DNA of 64,000 nucleotides from Escherichia coli (GTDB lineage Bacteria; Pseudomonadota; Gammaproteobacteria; Enterobacterales; Enterobacteriaceae): NCBI RefSeq assembly GCF_003018255.1, contig NZ_CP027440.1; one strand, 5' to 3'. Shown piece by piece: positions 17,267 to 28,126 of this stretch (position 1 is its first letter; each line of letters starts with the position of its first letter). The notes under the pieces were generated by a model. It saw only the letters and a program-made list of their open reading frames with translations, ran no database searches and was not told where the DNA came from. The position numbers and the translations under genes were made by a program.

Positions 17267-18310
17267 ATGCGTATTGAAGAAGATCTGAAGTTAGGTTTTA
17301 AAGACGTTCTCATCCGCCCTAAACGCTCCACTCTTAAAAGCCGTTCCGATGTTGAACTGGAACGTCAATTCACCTTTAAACATTCAGGTCAGAGCTGGTC
17401 CGGCGTGCCGATTATTGCCGCAAATATGGACACCGTAGGCACATTTTCTATGGCCTCTGCGCTGGCTTCTTTTGATATTCTGACTGCTGTGCATAAACAC
17501 TATTCTGTCGAAGAGTGGCAAGCGTTTATCAACAATTCTTCCGCTGATGTGCTGAAACATGTGATGGTTTCTACCGGTACGTCTGATGCGGATTTCGAAA
17601 AAACTAAACAGATTCTCGACCTGAACCCGGCATTAAACTTCGTTTGTATTGACGTGGCGAATGGTTATTCTGAACACTTCGTGCAGTTCGTTGCGAAAGC
17701 GCGTGAAGCGTGGCCGACCAAAACCATTTGTGCTGGCAACGTAGTGACTGGTGAAATGTGTGAGGAGCTTATCCTCTCCGGTGCTGATATCGTTAAAGTT
17801 GGCATTGGCCCAGGTTCTGTTTGTACAACTCGCGTCAAAACAGGCGTCGGTTATCCGCAACTTTCTGCGGTGATCGAATGTGCCGATGCTGCGCATGGTC
17901 TGGGCGGAATGATCGTCAGCGACGGTGGCTGCACCACGCCGGGCGATGTCGCGAAAGCCTTTGGCGGCGGTGCCGATTTCGTCATGCTTGGCGGCATGCT
18001 GGCGGGCCACGAAGAGAGCGGCGGTCGCATCGTTGAGGAGAACGGCGAGAAATTTATGCTGTTCTACGGCATGAGCTCCGAGTCTGCGATGAAACGTCAC
18101 GTTGGCGGCGTTGCGGAATATCGCGCAGCAGAAGGTAAAACCGTTAAGCTGCCGCTGCGAGGCCCGGTTGAAAATACCGCGCGTGATATTTTGGGCGGCC
18201 TGCGTTCAGCTTGTACATACGTTGGGGCTTCACGCCTGAAAGAGCTGACCAAGCGCACTACGTTTATCCGTGTACAGGAACAAGAAAACCGCATCTTCAA
18301 CAATCTGTAA
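17267..18310 (+). CDS. guaC: GMP reductase GuaC
   Basis: 347 aa, IMPDH/GMPR family, [23 protein letters not shown]. Confidence 0.96.
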
Positions 18311-18319
18311 TCTCCCAAT

Positions 18320-18347
18320 GCTGGCGTGGAGTAACACGCCAGCGTTA
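18320..18347. terminator. Hairpin between convergent guaC and hofC (putative bidirectional terminator)
   Basis: GCTGGCGTG-gagtaa-CACGCCAGC inverted repeat. Confidence 0.55.
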
Positions 18348-19547
18348 TCCCATCCCACTCATCGCATCGCCTAAATGGAAAATTGGCAAATACATTGCCA
18401 CCACTAGCGTACCGATAATTCCTCCCGTTATGACCAGCAACACCGGTTCGAGCAAGGCTGCAAGGTTATCCGCCAGCGCCATGGTGTTATCCCGATGATG
18501 ACGGGCGAGGTTGTCTAACATGAGATCCAGCGAACCGGATGCCTCTCCTGTTCTCACTAATTGCAAACAGAGCGGGCTAAACTCACCGGCATTTTTTAGC
18601 GCCAGCCAGATGGGATGACCGTTACTGATATCGTGCTGGATTTGTGTCAGAAGTTGCTCCCAATACGGACAGCGCATTGTTGCTCTGACGCTCTCTACGC
18701 CCTGTAAAAAAGTAATGCCTGCACTTTGAGTCAGCGCCAGAATCGTAAAGATCTGCGTGAGTTTTTGTCCTCGCATCAGTGAACCCATAATTGGGATGCG
18801 TAACAGTGATTTTTGCCTCACGATGAGCCAGGTCGGGCGGCGCATCAGCAACTTATTGGCTATCGCCAGCAGAAAGCCGAACAACACCAGCAGCCAGCCC
18901 CATTCGCCACTAAAGTCTGCCAGCGTCATGATCCCCTGCGTTAGTACCGGTAGTGGGGTGTTGAAGGTCTTATAAATAGCAGCAAACTCCGGCAGCACAA
19001 AATGCAGCATTGCCACAACCACCATGATTGCCATCGCTAAAATGATGATGGGATAACGCAACGCTGATTTCACTTTATCGGCTAACTGACGTTGGGCTTT
19101 TTGCTGTCGAGCAAGTTCAAAGCAACATTCATCTAACTTACCAGTCAATTCCCCCGTGCGGATCATTGCCTGATAGAGCGGCGGAAATACCTCTGACCAG
19201 GGTAATAAGGCATTGGAAAAAGCAATGCCCTGTTCGAGATCGTGCGCCAGCGATTGCAGCAACGCTTGCCATTGCTTACTGGGATGCTGTTCCGCCAGCA
19301 GTGCCAGCCCTTCAGAAAGCGTTAACCCGGCTTTGAGTAGCGTCGCCAGTTGATGAATGACTTCCGCGCTTTTATCTCCTCGCCACTGCGCAGAATTGAT
19401 GGCGATTCGCTTCAGGCTAAGTGGGGTAACCATCTGTTGCTGTAGTGCTATGAGCAGCAAAGCACGGCTCTCTGCCCATAGCATCCCATCTTGCGCATTG
19501 CCGCCGCCGGTTATGCCACGCCAGCGCCAGAGTTGCTTACTCGCCAT
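18345..19547 (-). CDS. hofC: Type IV pilus assembly inner-membrane platform protein HofC (PilC/GspF family)
   Basis: 400 aa with GspF-type paired membrane domains; operon hofB-hofC downstream of ppdD. Confidence 0.9.
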   Translation of the reverse strand: MASKQLWRWRGITGGGNAQDGMLWAESRALLLIALQQQMVTPLSLKRIAINSAQWRGDKSAEVIHQLATLLKAGLTLSEGLALLAEQHPSKQWQALLQSLAHDLEQGIAFSNALLPWSEVFPPLYQAMIRTGELTGKLDECCFELARQQKAQRQLADKVKSALRYPIIILAMAIMVVVAMLHFVLPEFAAIYKTFNTPLPVLTQGIMTLADFSGEWGWLLVLFGFLLAIANKLLMRRPTWLIVRQKSLLRIPIMGSLMRGQKLTQIFTILALTQSAGITFLQGVESVRATMRCPYWEQLLTQIQHDISNGHPIWLALKNAGEFSPLCLQLVRTGEASGSLDLMLDNLARHHRDNTMALADNLAALLEPVLLVITGGIIGTLVVAMYLPIFHLGDAMSGMG

Positions 19548-20922
19548 GCGGCATTCCCAATACGCGGATTAACTCTTCAAAGGTGGTTAAGCCTTGCTCC
19601 ACGGCCAGGCAGCCGTTTTCAAAAAGCGTTCGCATACCCGCCTGTCGGGCGTGCGTTTCCAGCGATTCAACGTCGGTATTAGCGGAAATAAGCTGACGTA
19701 TGAACGGTGTTATGGGCAGAACTTCAAATAAGGCCGTGCGACCATAAAAACCGTGGTAGCAATGTACACAACCGGGTGCTTGCCAGCGGGGCAGCGGCGA
19801 CGGCCATACATTGTCTGGAATATGGATGGGCTCCCCTTGCTGCAGGCGGCAATGTGGGCAAAGTTTGCGTACCAGACGCTGGGCTATTACCAGCGTAAGC
19901 GCCGATGAGAGCATCCAGCGGGCGACTCCCATTTGCTGTAAACGTACCAGTGTTTCAGTGGTGGAATTGGTGTGTAGGGTAGACAACACCAGGTGACCGG
20001 TTTGCGCCGCTTTAATAGCGATCTCTGCTGTTTCGCCATCGCGGATCTCTCCGATCATGATGACGTCAGGGTCCTGGCGCAATAACGCACGCAAAACGCC
20101 CTGAAAGGTAAGACCGGCACGCGGATGGATTTGCGTCTGGTTTAGTCCGGCTATGGGGATCTCAACCGGATCTTCGACGCTACAAATATTAATGTCAGCG
20201 GTATTCAGCGTTTGCAGGGCACTATAAAGCGTGACCGTTTTGCCGCTGCCTGTAGGGCCAGTTACCAGCACCAGTCCCTGTGGTTGTTGCAAGGCATGAG
20301 CAAAGTCCGCCAGTTGTAACGGCTGCATCCCCAGCGTGTTGACATCCAGTGCCTGGCTCACCTGCTGTAACAACCTTAATACCACCTTTTCACCACCCCG
20401 ACATGGTAAGGTCGCAATACGAAATGAGATGGCGTTTCCTGCCAGTTCGACAGTGAATTGCCCGTCCTGCGGCAGGCGATGTTCCGCAATATCCAGGTTG
20501 CCCAGCACTTTTAATCTGGCGGTTAATGCGACTCCGGCATCCGGTAAAACATCCGGTAAAGGATGCAATACACCGTCGATACGCAAGCGGATGCGGTAGG
20601 CATTGTCCGCTGGTTCGATATGAATATCAGACGCGCGTTGTTCCAGCGCAGATTGTAACGTTCGAGTCAGCAACTCTGCTTTGGGCTGATGCTTCTCATG
20701 AATAGCTACGGGCAATGTCTGTTGGGTGCGACTGGCGTGACCTTCCATTTGTTGGCGCGTCCAGCAGGTGATCTCAATACGTTTGGTGGTAGCGAAATGC
20801 AATGCGTCCAGTAGCTCATGCGAAGGGGCATCGACCACCGCAACATGAACCACCTCTTCGCTGGCATCCAGCAAGACTCCCTGATAACGCAGACACAGGG
20901 CGGTGAGCTGTGGAATATTCAT
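19537..20922 (-). CDS. hofB: Type IV pilus assembly ATPase HofB (PilB/GspE family)
   Basis: 461 aa, Walker A GPTGSGKT, CPHC...C..C tetracysteine. Confidence 0.9.
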   Translation of the reverse strand: MNIPQLTALCLRYQGVLLDASEEVVHVAVVDAPSHELLDALHFATTKRIEITCWTRQQMEGHASRTQQTLPVAIHEKHQPKAELLTRTLQSALEQRASDIHIEPADNAYRIRLRIDGVLHPLPDVLPDAGVALTARLKVLGNLDIAEHRLPQDGQFTVELAGNAISFRIATLPCRGGEKVVLRLLQQVSQALDVNTLGMQPLQLADFAHALQQPQGLVLVTGPTGSGKTVTLYSALQTLNTADINICSVEDPVEIPIAGLNQTQIHPRAGLTFQGVLRALLRQDPDVIMIGEIRDGETAEIAIKAAQTGHLVLSTLHTNSTTETLVRLQQMGVARWMLSSALTLVIAQRLVRKLCPHCRLQQGEPIHIPDNVWPSPLPRWQAPGCVHCYHGFYGRTALFEVLPITPFIRQLISANTDVESLETHARQAGMRTLFENGCLAVEQGLTTFEELIRVLGMPHGE

Positions 20923-20931
20923 TGCCGCTCC

Positions 20932-21372
20932 TTAGTTGGCGTCATCAAAGCGAAAGACATCTTCGCAGGCTTGCTGCAATGCGCTGTCACTTTGAATATT
21001 GCAGTTGCGCGTCCAGCCGGTGACGCCGTTTGCGTTATCCCAACCCGGTGTCATGACGACGCTTAGCCCATTGAGACTTTCTTGCCCGGTCAGCGACACC
21101 ACGCCCTTTGCCACACTCATGGCTGAAACATAGCGGGTGGTGGTAGGCGAGGGAATGCCATTGCTGCCACCGTCGCAGGTATCTAATCCACCATGTTCCA
21201 GCGCGCACAACTCTACGGCGGTACGGTAAGGCACAAAGGTTTGTAGCATGTCGGTGAGTGCGGCTTTGCGCAGGTAGTTTTGATAAGCGGGAATACCAAT
21301 GGCGCTTAAAATGGCAATGATGCCAATAACCACCATCAGTTCGATAAGTGTAAAACCGCGTTGCTTGTCCAT
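20932..21372 (-). CDS. ppdD: Prepilin-peptidase-dependent type IV pilin PpdD
   Basis: 146 aa, class III signal MDKQRGFTLIELMVVIGIIAIL. Confidence 0.92.
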   Translation of the reverse strand: MDKQRGFTLIELMVVIGIIAILSAIGIPAYQNYLRKAALTDMLQTFVPYRTAVELCALEHGGLDTCDGGSNGIPSPTTTRYVSAMSVAKGVVSLTGQESLNGLSVVMTPGWDNANGVTGWTRNCNIQSDSALQQACEDVFRFDDAN

Positions 21373-21574
21373 TTGTTTCGCTCCTTGATTTGGTTGGCGC
21401 TACTTTGGCAAACGCCATCAGCACAAGCGAGGGGCAAAAAACGAAACGGGAAAGCAGCTTCCGGAGTTTTTTATTACGTTGCAGCGAAAGACAAGAAATT
21501 TGCGAGGCGTTACGAAGAAAGTTGGGAAAGGGGAGATTATCCGCCCGCGATGGAGCGGATAAATCTGTCAGCAA

Positions 21575-22528
<954 letters not shown>

Positions 22529-22555
22529 TTAGCACCACATATAAGGAGATCCTGC

Positions 22556-23107
22556 ATGTTGTTAGAACAGGGGTGGCTGGTTGGCGCGCGCCGCGTTCCC
22601 TCACCACATTACGATTGCCGCCCGGATGACGAAACACCCACCCTGCTGGTGGTGCACAATATTAGCCTGCCGCCAGGCGAGTTTGGCGGTCCGTGGATCG
22701 ACGCATTATTCACTGGAACTATTGATCCGCAGGCGCATCCTTTCTTTGCTGAGATCGCCCATTTGCGCGTCTCCGCTCACTGTTTGATTCGCCGCGATGG
22801 TGAAATAGTCCAGTATGTTCCTTTCGATAAACGTGCCTGGCATGCCGGAGTCTCTCAGTATCAGGGGCGCGAACGCTGCAATGATTTTTCTATTGGGATT
22901 GAGCTGGAAGGCACCGATACGCTGGCGTATACCGATGCGCAGTATCAACAGCTTGTGGCGGTTACGCGGGCACTGATTGATCGCTATCCAGATATCGCTA
23001 ATAACATGACGGGCCATTGTGATATTGCGCCGGATCGGAAAACCGATCCCGGCCCTGCATTTGATTGGGCACGGTTTCGTGCACTGGTCAGCAAGGAGAC
23101 AACATGA
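22556..23107 (+). CDS. ampD: Anhydro-N-acetylmuramyl-L-alanine amidase AmpD
   Basis: 183 aa, [23 protein letters not shown]. Confidence 0.95.
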   Translation: MLLEQGWLVGARRVPSPHYDCRPDDETPTLLVVHNISLPPGEFGGPWIDALFTGTIDPQAHPFFAEIAHLRVSAHCLIRRDGEIVQYVPFDKRAWHAGVSQYQGRERCNDFSIGIELEGTDTLAYTDAQYQQLVAVTRALIDRYPDIANNMTGHCDIAPDRKTDPGPAFDWARFRALVSKETT

Positions 23108-23958
23108 CGCTATTTACAACCTTACTGGTGTTAATTTTCGAGCGCCTGTTTAAGTTGGGCGAGCACTGGCAGATTGATCATCGTCTTGAAGCGTTCTTTC
23201 GGCGGGTGAAACATTTTTCTCTCGGGCGCACATTAGGCATGACCATTATTGCGATGGGCGTGACTTTTTTACTGTTACGCGCATTGCAGGGAGTATTGTT
23301 CAACGTTCCCACGCTGCTGGTGTGGCTGCTGATTGGTTTGCTGTGTATTGGCGCAGGTAAAGTTCGTCTTCATTATCATGCTTATCTGACAGCTGCTTCA
23401 CGTAATGATTGCCATGCCCGTGCCACGATGGCTGGCGAACTCACCATGATTCACGGCGTCCCGGCAGGCTGCGATGAACGTGAGTATTTGCGTGAGCTGC
23501 AAAATGCATTGCTGTGGATTAACTTTCGTTTTTATCTTGCACCGCTGTTCTGGCTGATTGTGGGGGGAACCTGGGGACCCGTTACGCTGATGGGGTATGC
23601 GTTTTTGCGTGCATGGCAATACTGGCTGGCGCGTTACCAGACGCCGCATCATCGTTTACAGTCCGGCATTGATGCCGTGCTTCATGTACTGGATTGGGTG
23701 CCGGTTCGTCTTGCGGGTGTGGTATATGCCTTGATCGGTCATGGGGAGAAAGCGTTACCGGCCTGGTTTGCTTCGCTGGGTGATTTCCATACTTCGCAAT
23801 ATCAGGTATTAACACGTCTGGCACAGTTCTCTCTGGCGCGTGAACCGCATGTCGATAAGGTGGAGACGCCGAAGGCAGCGGTTTCCATGGCGAAGAAAAC
23901 CTCGTTCGTGGTCCTGGTGGTAATTGCGCTACTGACGATTTACGGGGCGTTGGTGTAA
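23104..23958 (+). CDS. ampE: AmpE inner membrane protein
   Basis: Start taken at [16 protein letters not shown] (284 aa) overlapping ampD stop (ATGA); ORF track 23065 is an upstream extension. Confidence 0.9.
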   Translation: MTLFTTLLVLIFERLFKLGEHWQIDHRLEAFFRRVKHFSLGRTLGMTIIAMGVTFLLLRALQGVLFNVPTLLVWLLIGLLCIGAGKVRLHYHAYLTAASRNDCHARATMAGELTMIHGVPAGCDEREYLRELQNALLWINFRFYLAPLFWLIVGGTWGPVTLMGYAFLRAWQYWLARYQTPHHRLQSGIDAVLHVLDWVPVRLAGVVYALIGHGEKALPAWFASLGDFHTSQYQVLTRLAQFSLAREPHVDKVETPKAAVSMAKKTSFVVLVVIALLTIYGALV

Positions 23959-24000
23959 AGATTATTGCCCTCACCCTGCACGGGTGAGGGCGTAGAGAGA

Positions 24001-25374
24001 TTAATGCGCTTTTACGGCTTTGGCGGTTTTCTCTTTAAACAGATAGCCGATACCTAACACGATCAGCCATACCGGGATCAGGTATACCGAAATCGCCATT
24101 CCTGGGGTCATCAGCATAATCACCAGTACCGCCGCCATAAACAGCAGGCAGATCCAGTTACCCAGCGGATAAAGCAGAGCAGGGAAGCAAGTTACCACGC
24201 CTTGTTCCTGCTTGGCGCGACGGAATTTCATATGCGCCAGGCTAATCATCGCCCAGTTGATTACCAGTGCAGATACCACCAGTGCCATTAACAGTCCGAA
24301 TGCGGATTCCGGTGCAAGGTAGTTAATCAGCACGCACAATGCCGTAACCAGCGCAGACACCAGAATAGTGTTAACCGGTACACCGCGTTTGTCGACAGAC
24401 GCCAGCGCTTTTGGCGCGTTGCCCTGTTGTGCCAGACCAAACAGCATACGGCTGTTGCAATATACGCAGCTGTTGTACACGGAGAGCGCAGCAGTCAGTA
24501 CCACGATGTTCAGCGCATTAGCCACAAAGGTATCGCCCAATTCGTGGAAGATCAGTACAAACGGACTGGTATCAGCAGTAACGCGGGTCCATGGCATCAG
24601 CGAGAGCAGAACGGCTAACGAACCAATATAGAAAATCAGGATGCGGTAGATAACCTGGTTAGTTGCTTTCGGGATACTTTGCTCCGGATTATCAGCTTCT
24701 GCTGCGGTGATCCCCACCAGTTCCAGACCGCCGAAAGAGAACATGATAATCGCCATCATCATCACCAGCCCGGTGAAGCCGTGCGGCAGGAAACCACCCT
24801 GATCCCACAGGTTGCTAACGCTCGCCTGCGGGCCGCCGTTGCCGCTGAATAGCAGCCAGCCGCCGAAGATGATCATCGCTACCACCGCGATAACTTTGAT
24901 AATGGCAAACCAGAACTCCATCTCGCCAAACACTTTAACGTTGGTCAGGTTGATGGCGTTAATCACCACAAAGAACACGGCGGCAGAAACCCAGGTTGGG
25001 ATTTCCGGATACCAGAACTGAATGTATTTACCCACGGCAGTCAGCTCAGCCATGGCAACTAAAACGTACAGTACCCAGTAGTTCCAGCCAGAGGCGAAAC
25101 CGGCAAAACTGCCCCAGTATTTATAAGCAAAGTGGCTAAAGGAGCCTGCGACAGGTTCTTCGACCACCATTTCACCTAGCTGACGCATGATCAGAAAGGC
25201 GATAAAACCAGCAATGGCGTAACCCAGGATAATCCCTGGCCCTGCGGACTGTATTACGGAGGCGCTACCCAGGAATAGCCCGGTCCCTATCGCGCCACCC
25301 AGCGCGATAAGCTGAATATGGCGGTTTTTAAGACCGCGCTTTAGCTGCTCGCCGTGCTGTTGACCTTCCATCAT
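24001..25374 (-). CDS. aroP: Aromatic amino acid:H+ symporter AroP (APC family)
   Basis: 457 aa, MMEGQQHGEQLKRGLKNRHIQLIALGGAIGTGLFLG. Confidence 0.96.
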   Translation of the reverse strand: MMEGQQHGEQLKRGLKNRHIQLIALGGAIGTGLFLGSASVIQSAGPGIILGYAIAGFIAFLIMRQLGEMVVEEPVAGSFSHFAYKYWGSFAGFASGWNYWVLYVLVAMAELTAVGKYIQFWYPEIPTWVSAAVFFVVINAINLTNVKVFGEMEFWFAIIKVIAVVAMIIFGGWLLFSGNGGPQASVSNLWDQGGFLPHGFTGLVMMMAIIMFSFGGLELVGITAAEADNPEQSIPKATNQVIYRILIFYIGSLAVLLSLMPWTRVTADTSPFVLIFHELGDTFVANALNIVVLTAALSVYNSCVYCNSRMLFGLAQQGNAPKALASVDKRGVPVNTILVSALVTALCVLINYLAPESAFGLLMALVVSALVINWAMISLAHMKFRRAKQEQGVVTCFPALLYPLGNWICLLFMAAVLVIMLMTPGMAISVYLIPVWLIVLGIGYLFKEKTAKAVKAH

Positions 25375-25899
25375 GAAACCTCGTGCGGTGATTGTTTTTT
25401 TGATCTACGCAGTGATGCGTGTGTAAGTTTGCAATTCCGTTTGTTGTATTGATTTCTTTACGTTTCATGTAACTGAATTATGATAATGCTACTTTTAACT
25501 ATCACAAGATAATGGTATGTGCCCGGGAATGCACCTGCTTTATGTAGATGCGTTGATTTTTTGGATAAAAAAAAAGCAATTGTAAGTTTTTCATCACATT
25601 TAATAGATACTTTAAGTCTGATAACATACTGTTTTAACTAGCTATATGCCGGATTTGTCTGCCTGCTGAAAACTATGCCTTAGCCACCAGCACAATAATC
25701 TTACAAAAGGTCATATAAGAATAAATAGATGTTAATAATACAATGGGTTTGTAACGCGAGTATTTAAATATAATATTGCGAGCTAAGTGAAAACGTTAAG
25801 TAATTGAAATAATCTTTCATTAAAAGCGTTTCTTATTGATCGAGAATTAAGTTTTCTATTTAATGCAAATAAGTTAAGGATAAACTGGAATGAAATAAA

Positions 25900-27681
25900 G
25901 TGAGCGATATTGTTTACCTGAGAATAATCGGTGAGAAGCAGGGCTATATTTCTTCAGGCTGTGGGACGTATGCGTCGGTTGGTAATTGCTGGCAGGTTGG
26001 CCATGAAGATGAAATTTTTGCCTTTGCACTCACCAACGCCATTACCAGTACTGGTAAAGGCGTTAATCTACAGGGGCTACAATTTTGCAAACTCATTGAT
26101 AAAAGCTCACCGCTACTGTCTAATGCCATCAATCAGAATGAGCGGTTATTTATTGAAATCGATTTGTATCGTATAAATAAAAGCGGGCGCTGGGAACGGT
26201 ATTATTATATTCAGCTAAGAAATGCTTCATTAACTGCTATTCATGTAAACATTTCTGACAATAATCTTCCTACCGAATGTATAACTGTCGATTATGACTA
26301 CATATTATGTAAACATCTAATAGTCAATACGGAATTTGACTGGTTGGCCTTTCCTGCTGGCTATAATAGCTTATTTATTCCGCCTAAAAGCCCACCTGCC
26401 AGTAATCTTAAGCCTGAACCTCTACCAGTTGTTAACCTTCCACTCTCTTCACCAGCGGTTAACCCGGTCTATGCAAAATCCTGTCTGAAGGAGAAGGGAT
26501 GTACAGATGCTGGAACGGCAGAAGAACCCGCTGAAAACTTCGGTCAAGTAGCGATTTTTGCTCAGCCAGTGGTTGATGACTGCTGTGGATACCACCATCC
26601 CGAGGCTAACGATGTCGGGCAACCCGCAGAAGCTCAAACCATGCTACTGTTTCCGGGTAGTGTGTTGGCGGCTCAAATATGGGGAAAATGGTCGCTCAGT
26701 GGCATACTCAGTGCAACCCGCGGCTCTTACATCGGTGCGTTGGCATCTGCTTTGTATATTCCCTCTGCGGGCGAGGGCAGTGCTCGCGTGCCCGGACGTG
26801 ATGAGTTCTGGTATGAGGAAGAACTGCGGCAGAAAGCACTAGCAGGCAGTACCGCCACCACCCGGGTACGTTTTTTCTGGGGAACTGACATTCACGGCAA
26901 GCCTCAGGTGTATGGTGTTCATACGGGTGAAGGTACGCCGTATGAAAACGTCCGCGTGGCGAACATGCAGTGGAACGAGCAGACGCAGCGTTATGAATTT
27001 ACCCCCGCTCACGATGTCGATGGCCCCCTGATTACCTGGACGCCGGAAAATCCGGAACATGGGAATGTTCCGGGCCATACCGGTAACGACAGGCCGCCGC
27101 TGGATCAGCCCACCATTCTGGTGACGCCGATTCCGGACGGCACCGATACCTATACCACGCCGCCATTCCCGGTTCCTGATCCGAAAGAATTCAACGATTA
27201 TATTCTGGTTTTTCCGGCGGGATCCGGTATTAAGCCCATCTATGTTTACCTGAAGGAGGATCTGCGAAAGCTGCCTGGTGTTGTAACAGGGCGCGGCGTC
27301 CCGCTTTCACCAGGAACTCGCTGGCTGGATATGTCGGTATCCAATAACGGCAACGGCGCACCAATCCCGGCGCATATTGCTGATAAATTGCGCGGACGGG
27401 AGTTTAAAACCTTTGATGAGTTTCGCGAGGCGCTGTGGCTGGAGGTGAGTAAAGACTCAGTGTTATTGGCGCAGTTTATAAAAAGTAATCAGAATAACGT
27501 TAGTCAAGGATATTCCCCCTATGTCCCTGAGGAGGGGTATTATTACGGACCAAATGAGATAGTTAAGAAATTCCAGATACATCATGTAGTTGCTATAGAA
27601 CATGGTGGTGGAGTGTATGATATTGATAATTTTAGGATTGTTACGCCCCGACTACATGATGAAATTCACTACAGGAGATAA
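25900..27681 (+). CDS. T6SS Hcp 'extended toxin' effector: N-terminal Hcp domain, Pro-rich/pyocin-S-like middle region, C-terminal colicin E-type HNH DNase
   Basis: 593 aa, GTG start; residues ~1-160 match Hcp family (KLIDKSSPLLSNAI..ERLFIEIDLYRIN..ERYYYIQLRNASLTAIH vs Hcp EIDKSSPYLY..FKWYRI); C-terminus GAPIPAHIADKLRGREFKTFDEFREALWLEVSKD...GYSPY...FQIHHVVAIEHGGGVYDIDNFRIVTPRLHDEIH aligns with colicin E9/E7 and pyocin S DNase ([34 protein letters not shown]...[33 protein letters not shown]). Confidence 0.88.
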   Translation: MSDIVYLRIIGEKQGYISSGCGTYASVGNCWQVGHEDEIFAFALTNAITSTGKGVNLQGLQFCKLIDKSSPLLSNAINQNERLFIEIDLYRINKSGRWERYYYIQLRNASLTAIHVNISDNNLPTECITVDYDYILCKHLIVNTEFDWLAFPAGYNSLFIPPKSPPASNLKPEPLPVVNLPLSSPAVNPVYAKSCLKEKGCTDAGTAEEPAENFGQVAIFAQPVVDDCCGYHHPEANDVGQPAEAQTMLLFPGSVLAAQIWGKWSLSGILSATRGSYIGALASALYIPSAGEGSARVPGRDEFWYEEELRQKALAGSTATTRVRFFWGTDIHGKPQVYGVHTGEGTPYENVRVANMQWNEQTQRYEFTPAHDVDGPLITWTPENPEHGNVPGHTGNDRPPLDQPTILVTPIPDGTDTYTTPPFPVPDPKEFNDYILVFPAGSGIKPIYVYLKEDLRKLPGVVTGRGVPLSPGTRWLDMSVSNNGNGAPIPAHIADKLRGREFKTFDEFREALWLEVSKDSVLLAQFIKSNQNNVSQGYSPYVPEEGYYYGPNEIVKKFQIHHVVAIEHGGGVYDIDNFRIVTPRLHDEIHYRR

Positions 27682-27977
27682 TGTATATGCGTGATTTAAA
27701 AGATAAAATATATTTTTACACAGAAGGTGAATTTCTTGAAATGCTTGAGGAGATAGTAAATGCAACTAGCAAAGATAAATCCCTAAAAGGGAAAAAATTA
27801 GAAAAATATCTCGATACCTTAGTGGATCATTTCATTAAAATTACTGAACATCCTAAAAAGGGAGATCTCATTTTCTATCCTAATTCCCAAGAAGATGGTG
27901 AACCTGAAAACATCCTGAAAATCGTCAAAGAATGGCGGCGTTCACAGGGGCTACCCTTGTTTAAAGACTCTAAATAA
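27681..27977 (+). CDS. Colicin/pyocin DNase immunity protein (Im7/Im9 family), cognate to the Hcp-DNase
   Basis: 98 aa; ATG overlaps toxin stop (TAATG) with AGGAGA RBS; YTEGEFLEML...HFIKITEHPKKGDLIFYP...ILKIVKEWRRSQG matches Im9 (YTEAEFLQLV...HFEEMTEHPSGSDLIYYP...IVNTVKQWRAANG). Confidence 0.9.
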   Translation: MYMRDLKDKIYFYTEGEFLEMLEEIVNATSKDKSLKGKKLEKYLDTLVDHFIKITEHPKKGDLIFYPNSQEDGEPENILKIVKEWRRSQGLPLFKDSK

Positions 27978-28003
27978 AGTAGATAATAAAACTATATATG
28001 AAA

Positions 28004-28031
28004 CATCATCGCGTCTGGCTAATGCGATGAT
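28004..28031 (+). terminator. Hairpin after immunity gene 1 (CATCATCGCG-loop-CGCGATGATG type); copy also at ~28695-28722
   Basis: Inverted repeat catcatcgcg tctggctaa tgcgatgatg seen in sequence, repeated in each cassette. Confidence 0.5.
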
Positions 28032-28126
28032 GTTAATAACATAAAATAATAATATGGTTGCTCTTAAAAAACAGGTAAAAAATACTGAAATCATTTTATC
28101 AATTTCTCGCGTTCACCGATACCCTT

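Noticed and set aside
25375-25540. Possible TyrR boxes in the aroP promoter
   Set aside because: Only imperfect TGTAA/TTTAC half-sites in the wrong relative arrangement could be seen by eye; not confident enough to annotate without a motif scan.
25931-26176. Small ORFs inside the Hcp-toxin gene on both strands (25931-26176 plus, 25944-26132 minus, 26449-26637 minus)
   Set aside because: Fully nested in the well-supported Hcp-DNase reading frame with no homology signal; likely chance ORFs in AT-rich DNA.
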